A stretch of DNA of 64,000 bases from a virus: positions 4,558-68,557 of the IMG/VR virus record IMGVR_UViG_3300010354_000073. One strand, 5' to 3'. Both the position numbers and the translations under genes were made by a program. This document shows, piece after piece, positions 29,379 through 39,602 of the stretch (its first letter is position 1; every line of letters starts with the position of its first letter). The notes under the pieces were generated by a model, which was given only the letters and a program-made list of their open reading frames with translations, was not told where the DNA came from and did not search any database.

Positions 29379-29566
29379 TGAATTAATTTTTGGAGAAGTG
29401 ATTTAATCTCACTAATTTCATTCTTTAAATTATTTAGATCTTGCTGAACAGATTTGAATTCTGATGAAAAAGATTTTTTTGGTTTTTCTGCCGTGTTTAT
29501 AATTGCTCCTGTATTCATGTCACGAATATAATCTTCGTGACCTTCCACTTTCAAATAATCTGCCAT
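29375..29566 (-). CDS. Conserved small T4-like hypothetical protein
   Basis: KVEGH...RDMNTGAIIN...LKNEISEIKSLL. Confidence 0.75.
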   Translation of the reverse strand: MADYLKVEGHEDYIRDMNTGAIINTAEKPKKSFSSEFKSVQQDLNNLKNEISEIKSLLQKLIQ

Positions 29567-29567
29567 A

Positions 29568-32500
29568 TCAATAAGAAGCTACTGTTCTAATATCTTGAAT
29601 TTTTGGAGCATATGAAGGATCTATAGATTGCATAACGATTTTAATTGCAAAAGAAGAGAATTCAGATAAACCAGAAGCACTATATTTTAATTCTTGATAA
29701 GAATCTTGTGTTTCTGTTTGAGACGAAAGAGAATTTGATGGCGTAGCGATTTCATTAGTATCTGGATTTCCATCAACATTGAAAGCATTCCATCCAATGT
29801 CGTCAAAATTTTCCTGTGAAGATGCTGGTTTGAATTTATAATAAACTTTAATATTATTGATATCCTTTACATTAACAGTTAATCTAGTATCAATAGCAGT
29901 TCCAGAAGAATTGATATTTACTTCCTTTGTAACATATTTTGCTATGCCTGAACTATTTTTTGATGCAGATTCTGGAACAAAATCTACGCCATTAGTAAAT
30001 GACATCTCTCCAACTTCATAATATTTTTCCTCTCCAGTAGTGATTTCATCGAAGAAAACTAAATCTCCAATTCTAAAAATATCTGGAGATTGGGAAGAAA
30101 TTGAAGCATTTCTTGAAAACGCACTACCTAAAGTAATTTTACTGGTGTAATCTCCAGAAATTGGATACTTATCATTTTCAATTATTAATAATTTTGCTTG
30201 AGGATCCCAACTGATAATTTTACCACTTATTTTGTTATCGTATTTCTTAGTCGTATCACTTGGGTTGAAAGCTACTATGGTAGAACCAACTACAAAACTT
30301 AGAGGTCTTAGTGAGACACCACCAGAATTAATAGAGACATTAATACCATTTAAATTACCACCTGATATAGATTGTAATCCAAAATACAAACGTTCATCTT
30401 GTCTGAATACACCATTATTTGTAACTTTCACTTTTAATACACCAGATGAATATCCAACAACTTCTCCTTTTGTTCCAGAAGTCAACCCTTCTACTGTTTG
30501 ATTTAATAAAATAGATGTTGCACCATTACCAGAAATGTTAAGTTGATATATTGGTAAGAATGACAACACTTGGTATTTCTTACCAAATCTATCTTCTTTT
30601 CCCGATGGGGATTCAACTCGATTGGAGGAAAGTTTTACCGAAGCAACTCTAAGATCAATTACTGGGGACAGATAAGAAGCTGTCGATGAAAGTTCTAATT
30701 TATACTGTAAAGAATTGTTTGTGTTATTTAAAATTTGATTTATTCTTGATGCTACAACTTTTTGATTTGTGAAAAAGTGTTCTTGATTTAAAAATGTTTT
30801 TTCGTAATCAGTTGTTGAATATGAAAGGTAGTTTTGAGTATTAGAATCTACTGGAATAATATTTGTTGTTTTTACATAAGTATTGATGGAAGTTTTTGGA
30901 GCTTGAAGATATGAAATGTGAGCAAAAAGTTTTTCATATTTTCTGTTGAACGCTGCTAAGGCGGTATCTCCACCGCCAATAGAATTTGCGCTTGCTCTAT
31001 TTGGACCAACTATATTATAATAATCAAGACCACTGTTAGAAACTTTGAATAAAGAAGAATTTAAAACACTAGAAGTAAATCCTCCAACATTAGACAATGA
31101 TTTAAAGAAAACATACGATTTTCCAGATGATTCAAAACCATGATCTCTATGATTAACTTTAACAATTGAATTATTGTTTTTAAATAATGTTGATGTGGCA
31201 TTTGTATTTGCCAAAGCATAGGTTTGAATTGGATCTGCAAGTAATTTCTCGTACCCCAAATTGGAGTTAGTTAGATAAAGATTTGCTGTTCTTGAAATAT
31301 CAAATTCTGCACGGTATAAAGTAAATTTAATATCTTCAAATAAATCTTCTGACCAAACATCAGTGTTTTGTGATTTGTAAACAGAACCAAGTGAAGGTTG
31401 TGTAGTAATAGCAATTCCAGTTGCCGTGTCGTTGTCTGTTAAACGAGATGCCCATATTCTATAATCTGTAGAATCTGTTTCTACAGCAAATGCATATTCT
31501 GTATTATTTTGAAGATAAACTGGATGTTTAAAATTAAACCTTGTTGGTGTTGTAGATGCGGTAGTTCCAGTCGAATCTGTGGCAATTCCCATCACCACAG
31601 CGGGCGTATCTATCTCGATAATAGATTCTATCACAGCACCACTTGCACCCGTCCCAGAACCCCTCACAGTGACCGCTGGTGGTTCTGTATACCTGCTTCC
31701 AGGTAAAGATAGATCTACATTGTATACCTTGCCATTCGAGACATCTACGGTCGCAGCAGCAGTGCTTCCTCCTGGCAGTTGAGGACTTTCTATTAATAAA
31801 ACTGCGCTTTCGTAATTGGAACCAACTGATTTTATTTTTAAATCAACAATCTTTCCAGAATCTTTTACGATATTTACAGTAACGGAAGAAGATGTTCCTG
31901 CATTATAAGTTTTGACACTAGAAATAGTTAATGATTCATCTTGAACAAAAGAAACCCCATTGTTATTACTCAAAACTAATGTGTATACCTGATCATTATT
32001 TAATGTTACTGAACCAGATGATGTTGCAGAAACAATGACATTATTTTTATCAAGAACAGATGCTAGTGGACCATAAGCACCAGATTTAGATCCTCTAATT
32101 TCTTCTCCTATCGTCAATGAAATTTGTGAACTTACAGTTACTCTTATATACGTATTGGGTAAAAGAACCGATTCTGTTCCTGGTATGATATATTTTCCTG
32201 GTTTTCCTGTATCAACGTTTGTTAAATAAACTCTAACAGGAATACTAGAACTTTTTTGTTGGAAAAATATATCCATGCCAGTAACAAAAACACCACCCTC
32301 ATAGTTTTCAATTTTAAAGGTCTGTGAAAGAGGACTTGGTTTTTCCTTATTACTTGTTACACTATCAACAATTTGAACGCCTTCATTAGCTTTAAAAATT
32401 GCTGGTAACGTTGAAACAATTCCAGAAGGATTTTGTGGTAGAGATCCTACAGCATAAAATTTAGATTCTGCATAACTTTCTGCTAGGTTAGTATCAATAT

Positions 32501-35500
32501 CTGTGGAACTAGAAGTAAATCTAATTGTTTTAATTCCTGTTGGGAATCTAACTTCATCTGAAGTATCATCATAAAGCATAGTATTGATATCTCCAGACCA
32601 AGTTGTGTTTTCAATTGGAGCATAACCAGCAGGCATTAAAATGATGCCGCTGGCATTGCCGCTACTATCAGTTACAATTGGAGAATTGAAAGAAGATAAA
32701 GAATTTCCTGGTATTCCAGTATAAATTGTATCTGGATTTGACCATCTATTTACATTGATGTGATCAATAAAGACATAATATCTTGTGGATGGTTTCATCC
32801 TAGTTAAATTGTATTTAATTGGAATACTTCTAGTAAAATAAGTAACTGAAGAAATTACGGAAGTATTTCCAGAAGAATTTACTGAGACCCCTTGAGCTGT
32901 TTCGTTGTTTTGCGGACTGATATTTGATACACTAGCAACAGAAGCTTTTGTAACAGATGAAGATGCAATTTCACTAGTTGTTTGACCAAATGAAGCGATG
33001 TTAAAGAATGATCTGCTTGCTCCAACCCAAGTAACAATAAACGAATTATAGAATGATGCAAAAGCATTCTTTACATCAGATACCGAGTAAATTGTAAATA
33101 AATTTGTGTTGTTATCAGAAACTAATGGGGCAATAGATGTATCATACCATTGATCTATATTTGGAGAAATATTCAAATCACCCACATATTGAACTAGCAC
33201 AAAAGGATTTGGATTTAATGTTTTAGAAGCGTTTGGATTTCCTAATAGTTTTGAACTGCTGAATGGTAATGTAATAACGTCGTTATTCTTCACATATCCA
33301 GCATTTGTTCTCTCATCACTTCTGGTAATTACTTCTTGTAAAAATAAATTATCTTCTTTAACTTGAGGACGCAATACAGCTTGTTGTGTATCTATAGAGC
33401 ATCTGTAGTCGATTGAATTTAAATTGCCAATTTTATGTGTTTCAAAATTATCAACTATAAAACCACTCTTAAATCGATCTAATCCAATTTCATCTTTTAT
33501 TTGCATATTTAATGCTTGTTGTTCTAAGATGCTTAGAGTAGTATAATATTCTAATCTTTCAATTCTTTTTTCTAGTTTTCCAATATCTCTCATTGTATAA
33601 CGTTTGTTATCAACAGGAGTTACTCTAATATCTTTACTTGTTTTAGTGAATGCAGGAACAAAAGCATAGCAAAGTGCAATTGCATCATCAATTAAATCTG
33701 GTTTTGTAGGACTTAACGAAGAGTTACCTTCTTTAGCAATAAATTGACCCTGCTTGTTTAAGAAAATAGCATCAATTCTATCCAGATATTGTGTTTCACT
33801 AAAAGATAATGTATAATCTAATGAAGCATCTGTTGCTGGAGTAGAAGAAAATACTCCACCAGATCCTCTAAAACTTACATATTCTTGATTGGATAATAAG
33901 GTTGTGTCTTGGAAACCAGAAACTATTGTGGAATTATCTGCCTTTGGTCTAAAATCAACAACATCTTTTAATGAGACGTTACCGTAAACAGAAGAATTGA
34001 ATGATGGTATTTGATCTGCTCCAACACCAGCTTCATGTAAATAAGAATCTACAGTGCAAAAATCTCCTTGCGAGTGATCAAAATAATCAAATCCGATCAC
34101 AAGTTGACCAACAGGAGCAGAAAATCCTGGTTTTAAAATTAATCTGGATACATCATAATGAGTGTCCCTTTGACCGTCATCAAATGTAAATCTATTAGTA
34201 ACGTCAGTTCCAGAAATTAAATTGCCATTAGTATCTACAGATGGTGGATTAGTTGAAGAACCCTCATAAACATAATTTAAACGATACACATCAGAATAAG
34301 AGTAAATTTCAACTTCTTCTGTATCATAATCTTGACCTCTTAATGGCACCACTTTGTCGCCACCAGAAACTACTACAATACGTTTATTTGATATTGCAGT
34401 TTTTAATCTTGGTTTTGCCTTACTAACTTCTATTGTAGCAGATAGTTTTAATTTGGGGAAATTTGATGTTATTGCCGCACCGCTATTGTCGGTAAAGAAG
34501 TTATTTGGTAAAGTAATTGTAACACTGCCAGCAGTTAAACCAGCAGTAGAATCTGTTGAAACTTCTGTACTTACATAAGAAGGATTGATATAAAGGATAT
34601 CTCCGTTTTGTATATTTCTTGCAGATCCTCTATCTAAAATTGTTATTAAGAAATTGTTCTCATTATAACTTGCAAAACGTTGTGTTCCATATTGAAGTTG
34701 CGCTGCAAAAGTAATAAGACCACCATTAGAAGATCCTGTAGTTACAAAATCTCTTCTAATGTAATATTTAAATTTGGAATCTGTGGAATCTTTCACTAAA
34801 GAATTTACTTGCTTGCTACCTGTTGGGAAAACAAGAGATGAAGAAGATAGATTTTCTAATGAGGGTCTAATTCTCAATACAGAAGCATTTATAACTGCTG
34901 CTGGTAAAGAAGAATCTAAATAAATTCTTGATTTCTTTACTCCATCAGGAGATGTTGCGTATTGAACAATTAATTTAATAGTTCTATTTAAAGAATCTGT
35001 AAAGATGATAACATCACCTTGTACTAGATCTTTTGATGCATCTCCTTCAAATGCTGAGCACTCTAAATATTTGTCGCCTTCATTTCCAGAAAAAGTATAA
35101 TCAGTTACTGATTTTGATTCTGAATACTTAGATCTATTAACATCTACATCAGCAGTGAAAGAATACGCACTTCCAGATCCATAAGAAGCATGGAAAGATT
35201 TTATATTTTGTGGAGTGTAGGTTAAAACTGTGTTTTTATATAAAACTGGTATAATTGATGCTGATACTCCTGGAGTGCTACTCGAAGATATAGTTACAAT
35301 TGGTGGTTGTGAATAACTAGTTTGTACAGAATCTCTATTTTTTATAAGGACTTTATAAATGCTGCTTCCTTCTGTAGAAATTTCAATTGAAGACGAATCG
35401 TATCTAACACCATCTAATAGTACAACTGGATTTGTGTATCCATTCCCTCTCTTCTCAACAATGAAATGTGATACAGTATTTTCATTTGCTATACGTAAAA

Positions 35501-37682
35501 CATTTCCAGATTCATCTGCAATACTTTCGCCAGGGAGGAAAGTACCATACAAAGTATTCACAAATAAAATATTACCAGCAGAATATGAAGTGGTTGAAGA
35601 ACCTTCTATGACTCCATAAGCACCGCTTGTCAATCCAGTGATATACTTACCAGCAGTGAATCTTTGATTTACAAAATTATCTTGTGGGATAACACTATCT
35701 AAAAGTAATCTGGTGAAAAATACAGGATTGAAGTAATTAAATCCAAATGTAGAATTATACGTTGTTGTTCCATCGGTTAGTTTACCTTTGGAAATAACAA
35801 CATCTGTATTTTGATTGAATCCCTCTCCTCTTTCTATTAAAGAAAGATTTTTTGGTTTTGTAACTCCAACAACTGGGGTAATTATTTCGTTATAAGAAAC
35901 AATGTGTCCAAATTTATTGCTATTAGCAAAAGCATCAGATTGTGATAGAAATATTTCTCTCTGCTTCGAACCACCAACATCATCGTATTCTTTTAAATAA
36001 AGATCTAAAATATTTTTCTTGCCGACTACCGTTAGTTCGAGGAAAAATCTAGTATCGTCAATAGATTTTAATTTAACTTTGGAGAATGAAACTGGAGTTG
36101 CTGAATCAACTGTATCTGGAGTTGAACCAGTTCTAGTTTTAATAAACCAAATATCATTTAAAATAGTTTGAAAATTAGATTCTGTTACTGATGCTAATGT
36201 TGTAGTAGTGTTCGTAACATCAATGTATATCGTTTTTATTGCATCATCAATAGCAAAACCAGTTCCTCTTCTAGAAATTGTCTGTTTTAATGCTGTAGTA
36301 GCTTCTGTATTATTTGATCCAATTGATCCGTCATTAAATACAGAGTTTAAAAATACATTTGGATAAGATGTTACGTCAGAACCTTCATCATTTAAAGGAA
36401 CTGATCCAAATAAATTTGTAATTTTAAATAAAGAAAGACCTTTTGTTTTTAGTGTAATATTATCTCTGGTTAAAGTATCTTTCGCTTTATTTAAAGTAAT
36501 ATATTTTGTTTCTTTATTTACTATTTCAAATCCTCTAACATACGCCTTTCCAGCACCAATGGTAGCAACTAATTTATTAACTGCTTCTTCGGGATCTAAA
36601 CCATTAACAAGACCATCCGTACCTAGTGGATAAATCCCTAAATTATTATCTTTTTGATAAAACTCTCTTATTTCAATTGGGAAATTATCAACAATATAAT
36701 CTCCAGATTCATCATATGTTCTTCTTGCTAATGTCGTCTCTAGTAGATTATAATCTGATGGTTTAATTTGTCTTTGAATAACACCAGATTTAACAGATAA
36801 AATTTGAATGAAATTTTTATCTGTATCTTCATTATACTCATATTTTTGTAATACCAAATCAATTTTTAAACGATGTGCTCCTGGAGCAGATTGATTTGAA
36901 CTACCAATAGAATTATCATACAGAGAAGAATCTTGTTCTGGAGTTACAATTTCTTCTAGAATTTTGAAACCAACTTTTGCTGATGGTTCATTATAGTATT
37001 TGTCTATTATTAAAAGTTCTTCATTATTTCTAACAAAATAACCATTAACAAAATAGATTCCTTCCTGAACCTTAACACCAGAAGCAAATCCCATTGCTCT
37101 GCTTTCAACAAAAGAAATTGCTCCTGTATCTGGATTAACAACTTCTATCGATGTTGGAAGAACACTACCATCAGTACCAACAACAAGAAGGGGTGTATTG
37201 ATACCCCCTATTACTTCTAAAGTTTCACCTTGTCTAAAAGTTGATTCATCTGCAGCATCACCACTAGTGACATAATTTACGTATAAAACATCTGAACTAG
37301 ATTCAGATGCATATTCTGCTGCTAAAATTGATGCAGTAACACCAGAAGTTACGCCTTGAACTTTTTGACCAACTAAAGATTTTATATCATATTTTTTGAA
37401 AACAATATTACCATCAACATTAACAGCAACCTCAGAAACTGATGACAGTTTTACATAATCTAATCTAGTGTTTAGAGATACTTCTCCAGGTACTACTAAA
37501 TCACCTTGCTTAAACTGATATTTACCATAACTTTCAATCTGATTTTGTAAAATAGATTGGATAGAATTTAACTCTCTTGTTTGGATAGAATATCCTGGTC
37601 TAAACAAAAGCTTGTAAAAATTCTTGTTAGATTTAAAATCATCATTATATGGAGATACACTAAGATTCGTCTGTTGTGGCAT
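29568..37682 (-). CDS. Large virion structural protein, DUF4815/VrlC-like
   Basis: MPQQTNLSVSPYNDDF...LFRPG..Q.RELN..QSILQNQIE; APGAHRLKI; LARRTYDESGDY; RYTMRDIGKLEKRIERLEYYT. Confidence 0.88.
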   Translation of the reverse strand: MPQQTNLSVSPYNDDFKSNKNFYKLLFRPGYSIQTRELNSIQSILQNQIESYGKYQFKQGDLVVPGEVSLNTRLDYVKLSSVSEVAVNVDGNIVFKKYDIKSLVGQKVQGVTSGVTASILAAEYASESSSDVLYVNYVTSGDAADESTFRQGETLEVIGGINTPLLVVGTDGSVLPTSIEVVNPDTGAISFVESRAMGFASGVKVQEGIYFVNGYFVRNNEELLIIDKYYNEPSAKVGFKILEEIVTPEQDSSLYDNSIGSSNQSAPGAHRLKIDLVLQKYEYNEDTDKNFIQILSVKSGVIQRQIKPSDYNLLETTLARRTYDESGDYIVDNFPIEIREFYQKDNNLGIYPLGTDGLVNGLDPEEAVNKLVATIGAGKAYVRGFEIVNKETKYITLNKAKDTLTRDNITLKTKGLSLFKITNLFGSVPLNDEGSDVTSYPNVFLNSVFNDGSIGSNNTEATTALKQTISRRGTGFAIDDAIKTIYIDVTNTTTTLASVTESNFQTILNDIWFIKTRTGSTPDTVDSATPVSFSKVKLKSIDDTRFFLELTVVGKKNILDLYLKEYDDVGGSKQREIFLSQSDAFANSNKFGHIVSYNEIITPVVGVTKPKNLSLIERGEGFNQNTDVVISKGKLTDGTTTYNSTFGFNYFNPVFFTRLLLDSVIPQDNFVNQRFTAGKYITGLTSGAYGVIEGSSTTSYSAGNILFVNTLYGTFLPGESIADESGNVLRIANENTVSHFIVEKRGNGYTNPVVLLDGVRYDSSSIEISTEGSSIYKVLIKNRDSVQTSYSQPPIVTISSSSTPGVSASIIPVLYKNTVLTYTPQNIKSFHASYGSGSAYSFTADVDVNRSKYSESKSVTDYTFSGNEGDKYLECSAFEGDASKDLVQGDVIIFTDSLNRTIKLIVQYATSPDGVKKSRIYLDSSLPAAVINASVLRIRPSLENLSSSSLVFPTGSKQVNSLVKDSTDSKFKYYIRRDFVTTGSSNGGLITFAAQLQYGTQRFASYNENNFLITILDRGSARNIQNGDILYINPSYVSTEVSTDSTAGLTAGSVTITLPNNFFTDNSGAAITSNFPKLKLSATIEVSKAKPRLKTAISNKRIVVVSGGDKVVPLRGQDYDTEEVEIYSYSDVYRLNYVYEGSSTNPPSVDTNGNLISGTDVTNRFTFDDGQRDTHYDVSRLILKPGFSAPVGQLVIGFDYFDHSQGDFCTVDSYLHEAGVGADQIPSFNSSVYGNVSLKDVVDFRPKADNSTIVSGFQDTTLLSNQEYVSFRGSGGVFSSTPATDASLDYTLSFSETQYLDRIDAIFLNKQGQFIAKEGNSSLSPTKPDLIDDAIALCYAFVPAFTKTSKDIRVTPVDNKRYTMRDIGKLEKRIERLEYYTTLSILEQQALNMQIKDEIGLDRFKSGFIVDNFETHKIGNLNSIDYRCSIDTQQAVLRPQVKEDNLFLQEVITRSDERTNAGYVKNNDVITLPFSSSKLLGNPNASKTLNPNPFVLVQYVGDLNISPNIDQWYDTSIAPLVSDNNTNLFTIYSVSDVKNAFASFYNSFIVTWVGASRSFFNIASFGQTTSEIASSSVTKASVASVSNISPQNNETAQGVSVNSSGNTSVISSVTYFTRSIPIKYNLTRMKPSTRYYVFIDHINVNRWSNPDTIYTGIPGNSLSSFNSPIVTDSSGNASGIILMPAGYAPIENTTWSGDINTMLYDDTSDEVRFPTGIKTIRFTSSSTDIDTNLAESYAESKFYAVGSLPQNPSGIVSTLPAIFKANEGVQIVDSVTSNKEKPSPLSQTFKIENYEGGVFVTGMDIFFQQKSSSIPVRVYLTNVDTGKPGKYIIPGTESVLLPNTYIRVTVSSQISLTIGEEIRGSKSGAYGPLASVLDKNNVIVSATSSGSVTLNNDQVYTLVLSNNNGVSFVQDESLTISSVKTYNAGTSSSVTVNIVKDSGKIVDLKIKSVGSNYESAVLLIESPQLPGGSTAAATVDVSNGKVYNVDLSLPGSRYTEPPAVTVRGSGTGASGAVIESIIEIDTPAVVMGIATDSTGTTASTTPTRFNFKHPVYLQNNTEYAFAVETDSTDYRIWASRLTDNDTATGIAITTQPSLGSVYKSQNTDVWSEDLFEDIKFTLYRAEFDISRTANLYLTNSNLGYEKLLADPIQTYALANTNATSTLFKNNNSIVKVNHRDHGFESSGKSYVFFKSLSNVGGFTSSVLNSSLFKVSNSGLDYYNIVGPNRASANSIGGGDTALAAFNRKYEKLFAHISYLQAPKTSINTYVKTTNIIPVDSNTQNYLSYSTTDYEKTFLNQEHFFTNQKVVASRINQILNNTNNSLQYKLELSSTASYLSPVIDLRVASVKLSSNRVESPSGKEDRFGKKYQVLSFLPIYQLNISGNGATSILLNQTVEGLTSGTKGEVVGYSSGVLKVKVTNNGVFRQDERLYFGLQSISGGNLNGINVSINSGGVSLRPLSFVVGSTIVAFNPSDTTKKYDNKISGKIISWDPQAKLLIIENDKYPISGDYTSKITLGSAFSRNASISSQSPDIFRIGDLVFFDEITTGEEKYYEVGEMSFTNGVDFVPESASKNSSGIAKYVTKEVNINSSGTAIDTRLTVNVKDINNIKVYYKFKPASSQENFDDIGWNAFNVDGNPDTNEIATPSNSLSSQTETQDSYQELKYSASGLSEFSSFAIKIVMQSIDPSYAPKIQDIRTVASY

Positions 37683-37717
37683 TTTAATCTATTTTGTAAT
37701 TTTGTTATTATTAAAAA

Positions 37718-39553
37718 TCAGAACTCAATAACTAATTTAATATCTTCAATTTGATCTGCTGCTCTTGTAATTAATCTTCTGTTTTCGATGTAAATTACAC
37801 TGCCACTATTTGGTTGAATTTCTGGAGCAGCTAAACCATTAGCAAATACAGCACCAAGATAACCAGAAGATGCGTTGTAAGTAGTATTTACAGTTCCTGA
37901 AGCGAGAGAAGACGCTCCAGTGACTGCATTTGAACCATTTGATTCAAATAATCTTACTACACCATTATCAGTGTGAAGATCTGGGGATTGGATATATTTT
38001 AAAACACCGTTTGTAGTGCTTCCCGAATCTAAAGTCCAAGAAACAACAGTACCCTTAGCGGTTCCTCCAGTTACAGTTTGACTGATAATTTCATCGGGAG
38101 TGTAACCAGCTGTAGCGCCACTAATTTTTAGAGCACGTAATCCATTTAAAGTTTCTGCTGTAGCAAATGTAGTTGTTCCAAATTCATATGGATCTTTAAT
38201 TAATCCAATTCTACGGAAATCATTATCTACTGGAAAATCACCAGCACTTTCAATCTGAGTTAGACGAATATTTGTCATAACCCTCTTTGCATTCAATTCT
38301 TGCTCCATAGAAGAACCATGTCCTCCTAATGGTGACATAATTGCTTCAACAGAACCAGTTGCAGTAGCACCAACAGTTACTGGACTGGTTAATGCAGAAT
38401 CTGAGAAAAGACCTCTTGCTGCTGCTCCACTTCCAGTTCCAGTAATTAAATTAACAAAACCATAACTATAACCAGATCCGTACTGACTTACACTAACACT
38501 TGTAATTGAACCAGAAGAAACAATGATTTGAACCTTAGCTCCAGTTCCGTCTCCAACTACAGGTGCATAGTGAGTACCATTTGGTAAATTAGCTCCAACT
38601 GCTTTTACTAAAACGTGAGAAATAGCTCCGTTTGTAGCAAGTGTTTCCGTAGCAACTCTGGAGGCGTTTGTGCTATCAACAATAGGCATGAAATCTGTTG
38701 ATAGGAATCTTAGAACATCATCGGTTGGAATTGTGAACAAATACTTCCAAACGTAAGTTCCTGATGGTTCAGTATAAATTCCATTTGCTGAATTATATGT
38801 ACCCTGACCAGCAGATGGGGTTGTTTTTGGTTCGTATGAAGCATTTTGTCCAGTTGGATTTGCTGGAGATTCACCATTATATAAGCACTTAAATACTTCG
38901 TAATTGTTGTTCATAACATAGAACTTTGCATCAGCAATCGATGATGCTCCAGTCGCAGTTTGCTTACCAATCTGTCCACCACCACCTGGAGTAGCAGAAT
39001 AGTCAGGTTTCCACATGTCAAATTTAGGATTTGCCACTAGATCCCAATTATATCTTCTAACTACAGATCTTGCATATGAAGATGTAATTCTTTTTGCTGC
39101 TATAATATCTTTGTATAAAGATGTGAGTTCTTCTTGGTTATCTAGAGGAACAGGGGGAACATCTTCGGTAGCGTATCTATATACCCCAGTAACAGCTGTA
39201 GCGCCTGTGTCGGAACCACCAAGATAACCTTTTAATGTAGCTCCTGCAGCAGGAGCAGAGGCGGTAGAAGGACCAACACCATAAAGTAGTAAACTGTTGG
39301 GGTAAACTGATCTAACAGTTGCTCTAAACGTCGCTGCTCCGTAGTTAGCACCAACATATACAGTATCACCAACTGCAAACGCAGTTGAATTTTGACTGTA
39401 GATTTCTAAATACGCATCCCAGCGTTGTGGTCTTCCGATAAAGAAATACATTCTACTTCTGTCGGGACCAGCATCAGTAGTGCCTTCAGTCAATGACTCC
39501 AAAAACTGCTGGGCATTAAAAATTCTAAATTTTTCTGAAATTATAGCGGCCAT
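37718..39553 (-). CDS. gp8: Baseplate wedge subunit gp8
   Basis: MAAIISEKFRIFNAQQF, YFFIGRPQRW, YEVFKCLYN, YVWKYLFTI, NDFRRIGLIKDP, QIEDIKLVIEF; position after gp7. Confidence 0.88.
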   Translation of the reverse strand: MAAIISEKFRIFNAQQFLESLTEGTTDAGPDRSRMYFFIGRPQRWDAYLEIYSQNSTAFAVGDTVYVGANYGAATFRATVRSVYPNSLLLYGVGPSTASAPAAGATLKGYLGGSDTGATAVTGVYRYATEDVPPVPLDNQEELTSLYKDIIAAKRITSSYARSVVRRYNWDLVANPKFDMWKPDYSATPGGGGQIGKQTATGASSIADAKFYVMNNNYEVFKCLYNGESPANPTGQNASYEPKTTPSAGQGTYNSANGIYTEPSGTYVWKYLFTIPTDDVLRFLSTDFMPIVDSTNASRVATETLATNGAISHVLVKAVGANLPNGTHYAPVVGDGTGAKVQIIVSSGSITSVSVSQYGSGYSYGFVNLITGTGSGAAARGLFSDSALTSPVTVGATATGSVEAIMSPLGGHGSSMEQELNAKRVMTNIRLTQIESAGDFPVDNDFRRIGLIKDPYEFGTTTFATAETLNGLRALKISGATAGYTPDEIISQTVTGGTAKGTVVSWTLDSGSTTNGVLKYIQSPDLHTDNGVVRLFESNGSNAVTGASSLASGTVNTTYNASSGYLGAVFANGLAAPEIQPNSGSVIYIENRRLITRAADQIEDIKLVIEF

Positions 39554-39585
39554 CTAAAATCTCTGTGGGGGGAATATTTCTGAGT

Positions 39586-39599
39586 TATTTATATTTATA
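39586..39599 (-). promoter_or_regulatory. Two overlapping late promoters TATAAATA
   Basis: TATTTATATTTATA on plus strand upstream of gp8. Confidence 0.7.
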
Positions 39600-39602
39600 G
39601 TA